Source of the DNA: Bacteriovoracaceae bacterium
Lineage (GTDB): Bacteria; Bdellovibrionota; Bacteriovoracia; Bacteriovoracales; Bacteriovoracaceae
Direction: 5' to 3'
NCBI GenBank assembly: GCA_041586955.1
Contig: JBFGZE010000050.1
Coordinates: 1 to 23,575 of the forward strand
Length of the DNA stretch: 23,575 nucleotides
The notes under the pieces were generated by a model. The model made no database searches and was not told the DNA's origin. It worked only from the letters and a program-made list of their open reading frames with translations. The position numbers and the translations under genes were made by a program. Below are positions 8,723 to 16,600 of the stretch, piece by piece; the stretch's first letter is position 1; each line of letters opens with the position of its first letter.

Positions 8723-10143
8723 TGAAACAAAGCCATTGGCCAATTTTTTTTCTTTCTTCAATAGCAAGTGTCATCAACATGGTGATGCCGTTCATACTCG
8801 TACGCCTTATTTCCCCCGCCGAAATGGGTGCCTATAAGGTATTCTTTCTTTATTTAGGAATGGTACCCTATTTGCTTTTTTCCGGAGGCTTCGTCCATGG
8901 GGTCTATTATTGGTGCTCAAAAGAGAATGGCGGTAAAGAGTATTATAAGCAAATCTACTGGCTTAATCTCGTATCTGGGCTGCTCTTAATAATCTGTGTC
9001 TCGCTTGCCGTTTATCTCCTACCCCACTCATTTGATCGTGATATTCCGGTTATTGCCTTTATTCTATCTTCCTTCTTTTTTAACTCGAATAGCTTTTTTC
9101 CCGAGGTCATGACGGCCAAGGGGCACGTGATCAAGGGCCCACTGATTGAGGGTACCTTTGAAATGATCAAAGTGTTAACGATTTTGATCATCGCTTGGCG
9201 AACCCAAAATACCGCCTTCATCTTTTGGGGTTATACTATTTTTACTGCCTTTAAATTCCTGGTTTACCATACTCTCCTTACGTCTAAAGGTCTTGTTACT
9301 TTCAGGCCCCATTTTCCAACCCTTAAGAAAATATACAGCTATTCGATGCCTATGTCGGTTATGGGCCTTTTATCCCAATTCGTGGAAAAGTTTGACCTTC
9401 TAATCTTAACCACCTTTTTGGCCAAAAAAGACTTTGCCATGTATTCCATGGGCTGCTTAATGATCCCCCCCCTAGTGCTTCTCGATATGGCCATGCATAA
9501 AGTCCTTATCCCCAAACTTTCTCATTCATTAGGACAAAAAGATTATAAGAAATCATTGGACCTTTTACATGAAGGTATCCGCGATAACGCTCTTTTAATC
9601 ATTCCCTCTGTTTTTGGACTCGCCTATTTTGCTCCAGAGTTAGTTCACCTACTTTTTACTGATCAATATGTTCAGGCGATCCCTTTTCTTCAAATTTTTG
9701 CCTTCTCTTATTTGTCCTATATATTGCCTCATGATGCTCTTTTTCGTGCGAGTGGCAAAACAAGATTTCTTTTTAAGATTTATTTATATTGGACACCTAT
9801 TAATACACTTTTGATTTTTGCCACCGCCTATTTAGGAGCGCCCTTACAAGTTTTAATGGTATCGGTACTGATTCGCTTTATTCCTAAATTTATAGGACTT
9901 TATTTTACCGCAAGAGAAATCCAGACTTCTTTTTGGCGTATTTTTCCGAGGCGTACTCTGGCGACCTTTAGCATCACCATCCTCGTTCTCATCGGTGTCT
10001 CTCATTACCTATTAAGGCCGCGACTCAATTGGGGGCCCTCAATGAGCTTAATGCTTATCGCACCCATTGGAGTTATTTATTTAATACTTAATATTCGCAC
10101 CATAAAAAAAATCCCCCCATTCGGGAGGATATTTAAATTATAA
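8722..10143 (+). CDS. Wzx-like oligosaccharide/polysaccharide flippase (MOP superfamily)
   Basis: Roughly 12-14 hydrophobic segments; P.LVRLISP.E.G.Y and D......F.....FA.YS patterns. TGATG stop/start overlap with the GT4 gene. Confidence 0.8.
   Translation: MKQSHWPIFFLSSIASVINMVMPFILVRLISPAEMGAYKVFFLYLGMVPYLLFSGGFVHGVYYWCSKENGGKEYYKQIYWLNLVSGLLLIICVSLAVYLLPHSFDRDIPVIAFILSSFFFNSNSFFPEVMTAKGHVIKGPLIEGTFEMIKVLTILIIAWRTQNTAFIFWGYTIFTAFKFLVYHTLLTSKGLVTFRPHFPTLKKIYSYSMPMSVMGLLSQFVEKFDLLILTTFLAKKDFAMYSMGCLMIPPLVLLDMAMHKVLIPKLSHSLGQKDYKKSLDLLHEGIRDNALLIIPSVFGLAYFAPELVHLLFTDQYVQAIPFLQIFAFSYLSYILPHDALFRASGKTRFLFKIYLYWTPINTLLIFATAYLGAPLQVLMVSVLIRFIPKFIGLYFTAREIQTSFWRIFPRRTLATFSITILVLIGVSHYLLRPRLNWGPSMSLMLIAPIGVIYLILNIRTIKKIPPFGRIFKL
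10104..10130 (-). terminator. Rho-independent terminator of the 10159-10863 gene
   Basis: Minus strand ATCCTCCC-GAAT-GGGGGGAT (8-bp stem, one G-U pair) followed by TTTTTTT. Lies 29 nt past the stop and inside the 3' end of the convergent flippase gene. Confidence 0.75.
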
Positions 10144-10158
10144 TTTTATGATCGTTTT

Positions 10159-10863
10159 TTAGAAGTGACTTAAGTCACCATTACCAGAAACAAAAACGGA
10201 TTCTTCAGAATCAATTGTTTGTAATGGTGTCTTGATAGAATAATTGACTTTGATTGTCGCTCCAGCAATTGTCTCTTCTTGGCTACCAAGGTTTGAAATA
10301 TTTGCCAGTTCAGCGCTGGCATCAAACGTAAAGCCCCAAGAGACGGCCACTTTTGAAGGATATACTCGAATACCTGATAGGTACTTACCTTTACCCATAA
10401 ATGAACCTCCATGCTGATAAACAACAGTATACTGAAAGGAAACAACTTCCATTCCAAGAAGATTTTTATAGGCAACACGATAAGATTTTCCTTTTGGAAG
10501 GCTCCAAAAATCTAGATCCATACTCGTAAGATCCATATCACTGGAATGTGGAAGGACTTCGAGAACCCCTGTCCCGTGAGCATTAACGACCGGCTTACCA
10601 GCTTCAATGATGGGCCAAACTTTTTTACCAAGGGCCACTAATTTATCGATCATCATGATTGCTTCACCAAGGTTTTTATCCCCAGGCTCAGGAAGAAGTT
10701 CTAATTCTGTAGGTACTTCTTCGACTGTCTTATTGGCAATCGTTGCATAATCTTTAAAACCATCAGGATAATGAAACTGTGCTTTCGTTTCGGCCTGAAC
10801 ACTAAAAGAAAAATTCATCATGAAAAGAGAAGCTAAGGTGAAAAAGAAAGAAATGGTCTTCAC
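10159..10863 (-). CDS. Secreted hypothetical protein
   Basis: Signal peptide (VKTISFFFTLASLFMMNFSFSVQA), an amphipathic helix (IDKLVALGKKVWPIIEAGKP) and a beta-rich C-terminus. GTG 10863 preferred (AAGGCGG upstream); ATG 10896 is an alternative. Confidence 0.75.
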   Translation of the reverse strand: MKTISFFFTLASLFMMNFSFSVQAETKAQFHYPDGFKDYATIANKTVEEVPTELELLPEPGDKNLGEAIMMIDKLVALGKKVWPIIEAGKPVVNAHGTGVLEVLPHSSDMDLTSMDLDFWSLPKGKSYRVAYKNLLGMEVVSFQYTVVYQHGGSFMGKGKYLSGIRVYPSKVAVSWGFTFDASAELANISNLGSQEETIAGATIKVNYSIKTPLQTIDSEESVFVSGNGDLSHF

Positions 10864-11037
10864 GGTGCCGCCTTGCGTTGTGTGTAAAAATGCCATGTTC
10901 CGGAGGAGAAAATGAAATTTTTACAATGGTTGGAGTAGATTTATGAAAAAGCAGCAAATTTGTCAAGTAATTACTTCATGGACATTTTAGCAATGGTCAG
11001 GGCATCAACCACCATTTCAGATTAGACAAAAGGTTAG

Positions 11038-12393
11038 CTAAAGATAGTCCCGGCCCACAACACATAAAAAAGGCCATTCAAGAGCAATATAAAGATCCTC
11101 TTCACATTTTTCTAAAACCAAATAACTTTTTTCAACACCAGTCTGATTCAAAATATCAAAAGGTGCTAAATTTTTATCCGACTTGATTTGGCGCCAATTT
11201 CCGGCCTGTGCGATAATTTCCACGGAAAACTCATGCTGTACTAATTGCCGACGATCAGCAAAAGGAAAACAATGACGAGTAATGGCCTTGTCTCTACCCG
11301 CAACGCTTATATATTTATCGACAAACAAAGGGAAAATTTCGCGGCTTAATGGCCGCTTAATGGCAACTAATTTGGGGTAATGATAAGACGTCTGCATATT
11401 AGGGGTATCATCGGGAGCTGAAAAGCAATTAAGGATAGGTCGAAAATTATCATCTATCGACTCAATGACTTGGATTAGCTCAGAGAGTCCCTTGCCATCA
11501 TGATATTGTAAAAAAATTAGTTGCGGGCGTAAGACCGCGAATGCGATCGCTATATCTTGCTTATCGGCCATACGAAAATAATGGTAACGAAGGGCATCCT
11601 TTTCCAAATTTTCTTTTTGGTGTAGTGCTCCTAAAGGTTCCTTGGAAATGAGAAAGAGGTCATTCCGACCAGGCACCAAAGAATCGCTTTTTAAGTCAAA
11701 CCAGGTCTCTATTGTCTCGGGCAAGAAGTCATACTCACTAATGATGTCCTCTGGTCTTGCATACGGGTAGGCCATATCATAAATATTTTTTTGGCCCCAA
11801 GAATTCACCCTTTTAAGCTCGAAACGGTCAAAAACCAAATTCGGGATAAATGAGAAATAGAGCTTATCACCATTTCGGCCTTGGCCCAAAGAAGTGGCCA
11901 ATTCAAAGTTTAATCCCTCAGAAGAGATATCGTGAATAACCCCATGTGATCGCACCAAGGTCTTCTCAGAGGGTTGATCTTCCCAAGGGATTTTCCCTGT
12001 CTTGACTTTGCCACGCAAAAAATCGATGAGAGCATTCCATAAGGAAAGTCCATTTTTTCCTTTAGGCCATATACCATGACAAGGCAGTAGCGATAAGTAG
12101 GAGCTCTGGTAATCTTGCGCTTGATCCATCAGGCCAAATATTAAAAAGGTTTTTGAGGATTGACTTAAGATTAATTGATTAAATAAAAAAAGATCGTCTT
12201 CATCCTCTAAAAATTGATCTTCGATAAATAAGACCGCAACATCATCCTCTTTATTGCTATTAGATTGCCAATAATTGCCCAATTCTGACAAACTTTCCAA
12301 ATGCTTAATGGAAGCTTCATAGGAAATGAGATCTGGTACGGCCTGAATAGGTGCGGTTTTACCGAGATATAAAAATTGATTATTGAATGCCAT
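11038..12393 (-). CDS. Hypothetical protein with degenerate receiver-like folds and a PilZ-like DxSxxG motif
   Basis: 451-aa ORF from ATG 12393, overlapping the upstream stop by 14 nt. GVIHDISSEGLNF matches the PilZ D-x-S-x-x-G motif. VAVLFIE and RPQLIFLQ are alpha/beta receiver-like segments. Confidence 0.6.
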   Translation of the reverse strand: MAFNNQFLYLGKTAPIQAVPDLISYEASIKHLESLSELGNYWQSNSNKEDDVAVLFIEDQFLEDEDDLFLFNQLILSQSSKTFLIFGLMDQAQDYQSSYLSLLPCHGIWPKGKNGLSLWNALIDFLRGKVKTGKIPWEDQPSEKTLVRSHGVIHDISSEGLNFELATSLGQGRNGDKLYFSFIPNLVFDRFELKRVNSWGQKNIYDMAYPYARPEDIISEYDFLPETIETWFDLKSDSLVPGRNDLFLISKEPLGALHQKENLEKDALRYHYFRMADKQDIAIAFAVLRPQLIFLQYHDGKGLSELIQVIESIDDNFRPILNCFSAPDDTPNMQTSYHYPKLVAIKRPLSREIFPLFVDKYISVAGRDKAITRHCFPFADRRQLVQHEFSVEIIAQAGNWRQIKSDKNLAPFDILNQTGVEKSYLVLEKCEEDLYIALEWPFLCVVGRDYL

Positions 12394-13768
12394 GAGCTTT
12401 ACCAGTGAACGATGAAACCAAGGCCTTAATGAAGCTGGGATCGAAGCGCTCAAGTTGTTCTTTATTTTTAAGAAATTCCACCATAACAACATTCGGCGGT
12501 TGTTTTTTTGCCATCATTAAATGGGTAAATTCATTCGCCAGGGAAACAACCTTGGCCAAGGGGAAAATTTTCATCCCGGCAATGCCATGAGGATATCCTT
12601 CGCCATTAACATACTCGTGATGCTGAAGAATGATTTGTTTGACGGAATCATCTACACCAGCAATATTTTTGACCATTTCAAGTCCATATTCCGGATGCTT
12701 CTCATAAATTTTTTTTTGATGCTCATCTAGATCTTGATACCGCTTACTTACCATTTCTGGAGGGAACTTTAATTTGCCAAGATCATGTAGAAAACTACCA
12801 AAAGCGACTTTCTCAATGGTGCGGAGACTCTTCCAATTCAGGCTTTTACAAATAACAGTCGATAAAAGGGACACCAAAAAAATATGAGTGGGGCCATCAT
12901 CGACGAGATCTTGATATTCATTAAAAAGACTTGATAGGCGAGGCGTTTTGTCGATCATCCCCAGCATATTTTCACAAATTTGTGTCCCCTCTTCCAATAA
13001 TTGGGGCTTCAATCCCGAGGTGTAAATTTCATCGACGAATTTTTCAATTACATTTTGACCAATCGTCAACCGCGTTTTTCCACGACCCTTTTTTTTGTCA
13101 ATTATTTTAGTCATCAATTGATTCATATAATTAATATAAGTGCCACGATCAGATGTTTTAAAATAGAGATATTTAACCCTTTTTTCATTTCGATAAAAAT
13201 CGATCCTATCTTTATCAAAGAGATCACCCCTGTGAAGAATTTTAATGAAGCGATTACGACCTAATCGAATATAATGATCGAATATATTGGTATTTCCTCC
13301 GTAGAGATCATCAATCTTGATACGCGTAAATTCTTCATCACTGGCATCCACAACCTCTTCTTCTTTAACTTCACCACCTTTAAGAACCTTTTTCCAAGCT
13401 GCAAATTGATTACTCCCTTCAATACTCTCCAATACTTTTTTGGGTAATATAGGATGGCAAAGAATATCTGAAGCTCCTAAGTTTTTAAGTTCGGTTTGAC
13501 TAAGGCCCAGATCATCTAATTGGTCTTGGCCACTAAAAAGTAAAATGACACGAGTGGAAGGTTTAGTCGAGCGGATATAACGAAGTACATCAAGTGCGGA
13601 ATGTTTTTCAAGATCATAATGAATAATCACTGCCTGAAATTTATCGCGATAAATCGCCAATTGGGCTTCTTGTCCAACATGGACACTTTTTACTTCAACC
13701 CTATTTTCTTTAAGAAAGTTTTCGATATCTTCTCGTTGCTCCGAGGGATCTGCCAATAAGACTTTCAT
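12380..13768 (-). CDS. Atypical receiver domain plus HD-GYP (cyclic di-nucleotide phosphodiesterase-like) protein
   Basis: N-terminal MKVLLAD receiver fold; C-terminal LHDLGK, HPEYG and QHHEYVNGEGYP.G. Confidence 0.88.
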   Translation of the reverse strand: MKVLLADPSEQREDIENFLKENRVEVKSVHVGQEAQLAIYRDKFQAVIIHYDLEKHSALDVLRYIRSTKPSTRVILLFSGQDQLDDLGLSQTELKNLGASDILCHPILPKKVLESIEGSNQFAAWKKVLKGGEVKEEEVVDASDEEFTRIKIDDLYGGNTNIFDHYIRLGRNRFIKILHRGDLFDKDRIDFYRNEKRVKYLYFKTSDRGTYINYMNQLMTKIIDKKKGRGKTRLTIGQNVIEKFVDEIYTSGLKPQLLEEGTQICENMLGMIDKTPRLSSLFNEYQDLVDDGPTHIFLVSLLSTVICKSLNWKSLRTIEKVAFGSFLHDLGKLKFPPEMVSKRYQDLDEHQKKIYEKHPEYGLEMVKNIAGVDDSVKQIILQHHEYVNGEGYPHGIAGMKIFPLAKVVSLANEFTHLMMAKKQPPNVVMVEFLKNKEQLERFDPSFIKALVSSFTGKAHGIQ

Positions 13769-13771
13769 AAA

Positions 13772-14743
13772 TTAAGACGCCGATCTCATATACTCTGCCA
13801 ATTCAGGGCAAAGATTGATTAAAATCTGATGAAGTTCTGGAGCAAGTACTGGCTTTTGTGCGAAGGCATCACCCCATTGTTTATAATGAGTCGAACTGGC
13901 CATATCCACTTTACCCGACAAGAATACGACTTTAAGATCTCTAAATTCGGATCGCATTATTTTAGCCAGCTTATCACCACTCATACCAGGTAACATCAGA
14001 TCAGTTAATAGAATATAAGGGCCATCTTCCCGACCAACGTATTCTTTAAGCGTCGCTTCCCCACTTTGAAAGGCCCGCACGTTGAGTCCAAAGTCATTAA
14101 GGATTAATTTTGTGAGTGTTCGCAAATCTTCGTTATCTTCCACTAAAACTATTTCCTTATTCTCTAACCAGGAGCCTGTAGACGCTTCTACTAAGGATGT
14201 CTCCACTTCATTAATCACTCTATTACCAAATAATTCCCTCGTCGCCATCACTGCGTTTTTCATCGTGACATTCATTCGATCAATAAATTCACCGATGTCT
14301 TCGCCCTTATTATATTTGCGCGCCATTAAATTTAATTGGGCATTTAAAAGCGCCATATGGTTGTTTAATTCATGAACTGCATTACGGTTCATAAAGTTTT
14401 TCTCGGAAAGGATACGATCTAAAAGGGGGTGCGTTTTTTCAATAATAAATTCATCATTTAAAAGGACAAATTGCTCCGGTAATTGGGGAATATCCTCTCG
14501 AGCAGTAAAGACGAGGACTAATTGATAATCATATTTTTCCATAATAAAGGTAATTTGCTTTCTTAATGATTGAATATCATCGGGAACCTCCCAAATAATA
14601 ATTTTACCATCTGTATCATAGTCAAAATCAATGACGTCATTAAAAGGGAAGACGGCATCAAAATATTGAGGATTTTTTTTCACCCATTGCTGGAATATAG
14701 AATTATTGTTTTCTTTATTAATCAAGCATAGTCGCTGAGACAT
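13772..14743 (-). CDS. Signalling protein: HisKA/DHp-like segment fused to a canonical C-terminal receiver domain
   Basis: H-box AVHELNNHM. REC with LVED, TDLMLPGMSG, FLSG and KP. SD GAGGAG upstream. Confidence 0.82.
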   Translation of the reverse strand: MSQRLCLINKENNNSIFQQWVKKNPQYFDAVFPFNDVIDFDYDTDGKIIIWEVPDDIQSLRKQITFIMEKYDYQLVLVFTAREDIPQLPEQFVLLNDEFIIEKTHPLLDRILSEKNFMNRNAVHELNNHMALLNAQLNLMARKYNKGEDIGEFIDRMNVTMKNAVMATRELFGNRVINEVETSLVEASTGSWLENKEIVLVEDNEDLRTLTKLILNDFGLNVRAFQSGEATLKEYVGREDGPYILLTDLMLPGMSGDKLAKIMRSEFRDLKVVFLSGKVDMASSTHYKQWGDAFAQKPVLAPELHQILINLCPELAEYMRSAS

Positions 14744-14826
14744 AGACTCTCCTCATAATGTCATTCTTTTTTTTATTTTACCAATAAATGGCGCGCTATG
14801 CTCCGAGGAAAAATGAGACAGCTAAC

Positions 14827-14855
14827 TTGACTTACGCGAGACTTACGCGTAGGCT
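14827..14855 (+). promoter_or_regulatory. Sigma70-type promoter of lexA (probably leaderless)
   Basis: TTGACT (14827-14832), 17-bp spacer, TAGGCT (14850-14855). ATG 14863 lies 7 nt downstream with no SD sequence. Confidence 0.65.
14829..14849 (+). repeat. Perfect 10-bp direct repeat GACTTACGCG-A-GACTTACGCG (candidate LexA operator)
   Basis: Copies at 14829-14838 and 14840-14849 (11-bp period) overlap the -35 element and the spacer. The repeat is directly visible; the operator role is inferred. Confidence 0.7.
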
Positions 14856-14862
14856 TTGTTCC

Positions 14863-15495
14863 ATGGCATTAACAAAAAAACAACTCGAAGTACTCAAATT
14901 CATCGAACAATATTGGCAAGACAACGAAGTCGCACCAACCCAAAAAGAAATCAAAGATCATTTTTGTTTTAAATCCTATGGCTCCGTTCAACGCTACTTA
15001 AAATACCTTCAGGAATATGGGGCGATAACCTTGGACTGGAATGCCCGCCGTGGAATCAAACTACCGGACTCAAGTACTCAAATAAATCAATCTGAAAATA
15101 ATGGCCTTCTCAAGTTACCTCTCTTGGGACTAGTCGCAGCGGGCAGCCCTCTTTATGCGGAGGAAAGCTATAGCGATTATATCGAGTTACCACCTAGCTG
15201 GATCTCCGGTGATAACGCCCATTACGCCCTTGAAATTTCTGGTGAATCCATGATTGAAGCGGGTATTAACTCCGGTGATATTGTTATCGTAGAACAAAAC
15301 CCATGTGCTCGAAAAGGGCAAATCGTGGTCGCCCTTTGGAACAACGAGGCGACTGTTAAGTATTATTACCCCAATTCCGAGAGTATTGAATTGCGACCGG
15401 CCAATTCCACTATGGAACCTTTTATCCTCACTAAAGATACTGAAGATTTTAAAATTCTTGGTATTGTTAAAGGCCTTTGGCGTCCTTATGTCTAA
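14863..15495 (+). CDS. lexA: SOS repressor LexA
   Basis: LT.KQ...L.FI winged HTH (PT..EI..HF..KS..SVQ.YL..L), RGI, VAAG cleavage site, GESM (Ser) and ATVK (Lys). Start set to MALTKKQ. Confidence 0.95.
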   Translation: MALTKKQLEVLKFIEQYWQDNEVAPTQKEIKDHFCFKSYGSVQRYLKYLQEYGAITLDWNARRGIKLPDSSTQINQSENNGLLKLPLLGLVAAGSPLYAEESYSDYIELPPSWISGDNAHYALEISGESMIEAGINSGDIVIVEQNPCARKGQIVVALWNNEATVKYYYPNSESIELRPANSTMEPFILTKDTEDFKILGIVKGLWRPYV

Positions 15496-16600
15496 TTGGG
15501 TTTTACACCTCGATATGGACTCCTACTTTGCTTCTATTGAATGCCAAATACGCCCCCAATTATTAAAAAAACCAATGGCGGTTGGTGGCGCCGGAGACTC
15601 CCGCGGCGTTATCTGCACTGCCAATTACCTTGCGCGTTCTTATGGTGTTCATGCCGGCTTAAGTAGTCGCGAGGCGCTTAAGCGTTGCCCCCATATTAGT
15701 TTGATCCCCCCCAATATGAAGCTCTATCGCTTTTATACCCAAAAAATTTTTCGTCTCATTAAAGAGTGGGTGACAGAATATGAAACCTTGGGACTTGATG
15801 AGGCCTATCTTATAATTCCTCATTTTTCTGCCAATGAAAATATTGAAACCCTCATTCAATACGCCCAAGAAAAGCAAAAAGCGATTTATCAAGACACTGG
15901 ATTGTGGGCAAGCATAGGGATTGGTCCCAATAAATTTCTTGCGAAATTGGCCAGCGAATGGAATAAACCGCGAGGTATTAAGGTCTTTCACCCTCAGGTT
16001 CATGACCTTGGGGAAATCTTGGCGCCCCTACCTCTTAAATATATTCCTGGAATCGGAACTAAAACCAATCAGCGCTTTTTTGACCTAGGCCTAAGAACTA
16101 TCGGTGATATTCAACGAGTCAGCTTCATGACCTTAAATTCCATCACCGGCCAACAAAGGGCCTATGAGTTAAAAAACTTAGGCCTTGGAATTGACCACCG
16201 TAAGGTTCAAGGACAACGCCCTGGACTCAGTCTGGGCCATGAAAATACCTATTTACAAGATTACTCGGCCCATCATACTCCCCAATTAATCCCAGATCTC
16301 TATCAATCCTTCCTTAATCGTTTCCATAGTAAAGACCATTATAAAGAGCGTGGCATCGCAGGCCTACACCTTAAAATTAAGTTTAAGGACTTTAAAACGC
16401 ATACTTTAGACTGCCCCCTCGATAGCTATCTTAAAGAGGATATGGTGAATAACAGACCCCTGAGGGAAAATAGTTTTAACCGTCTTCTAGAATTATTTGA
16501 TAACTTATATTATAAATTCAATCAACCCTACCGCCTGTTAGGAATGGGAATTCGCTTTCATCAAGTGAAGGTGTCAGAGGATCAATTATGCCTTTTATAG
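15488..16600 (+). CDS. dinB: DNA polymerase IV (Y family)
   Basis: HLDMDSYFASIE, RGV..TANY.AR.YGV, LDEAYL, SIGIGPNKFLAKLAS..NKP.G and IPGIG. C-terminal QLCLL is a beta-clamp-binding-like motif. ATG 15488 overlaps the end of lexA. Confidence 0.93.
   Translation: MSNWVLHLDMDSYFASIECQIRPQLLKKPMAVGGAGDSRGVICTANYLARSYGVHAGLSSREALKRCPHISLIPPNMKLYRFYTQKIFRLIKEWVTEYETLGLDEAYLIIPHFSANENIETLIQYAQEKQKAIYQDTGLWASIGIGPNKFLAKLASEWNKPRGIKVFHPQVHDLGEILAPLPLKYIPGIGTKTNQRFFDLGLRTIGDIQRVSFMTLNSITGQQRAYELKNLGLGIDHRKVQGQRPGLSLGHENTYLQDYSAHHTPQLIPDLYQSFLNRFHSKDHYKERGIAGLHLKIKFKDFKTHTLDCPLDSYLKEDMVNNRPLRENSFNRLLELFDNLYYKFNQPYRLLGMGIRFHQVKVSEDQLCLL

Noticed and set aside
14789..14805. Possible sigma54 promoter (TGGCGCG...TGC)
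   Set aside because: The GG-to-GC spacing does not fit the required -24/-12 geometry.
14788..14862. 25-aa N-terminal extension of LexA
   Set aside because: LexA homology starts at MALTKKQ, and the extension spans the predicted promoter.
15305..15487. Long N-terminal extension of DinB (likewise 17831-17941 for MenH and 12394-12492 for the PilZ-like gene)
   Set aside because: These lie within the upstream gene in another frame. Family homology or a plausible coupled ATG begins later.
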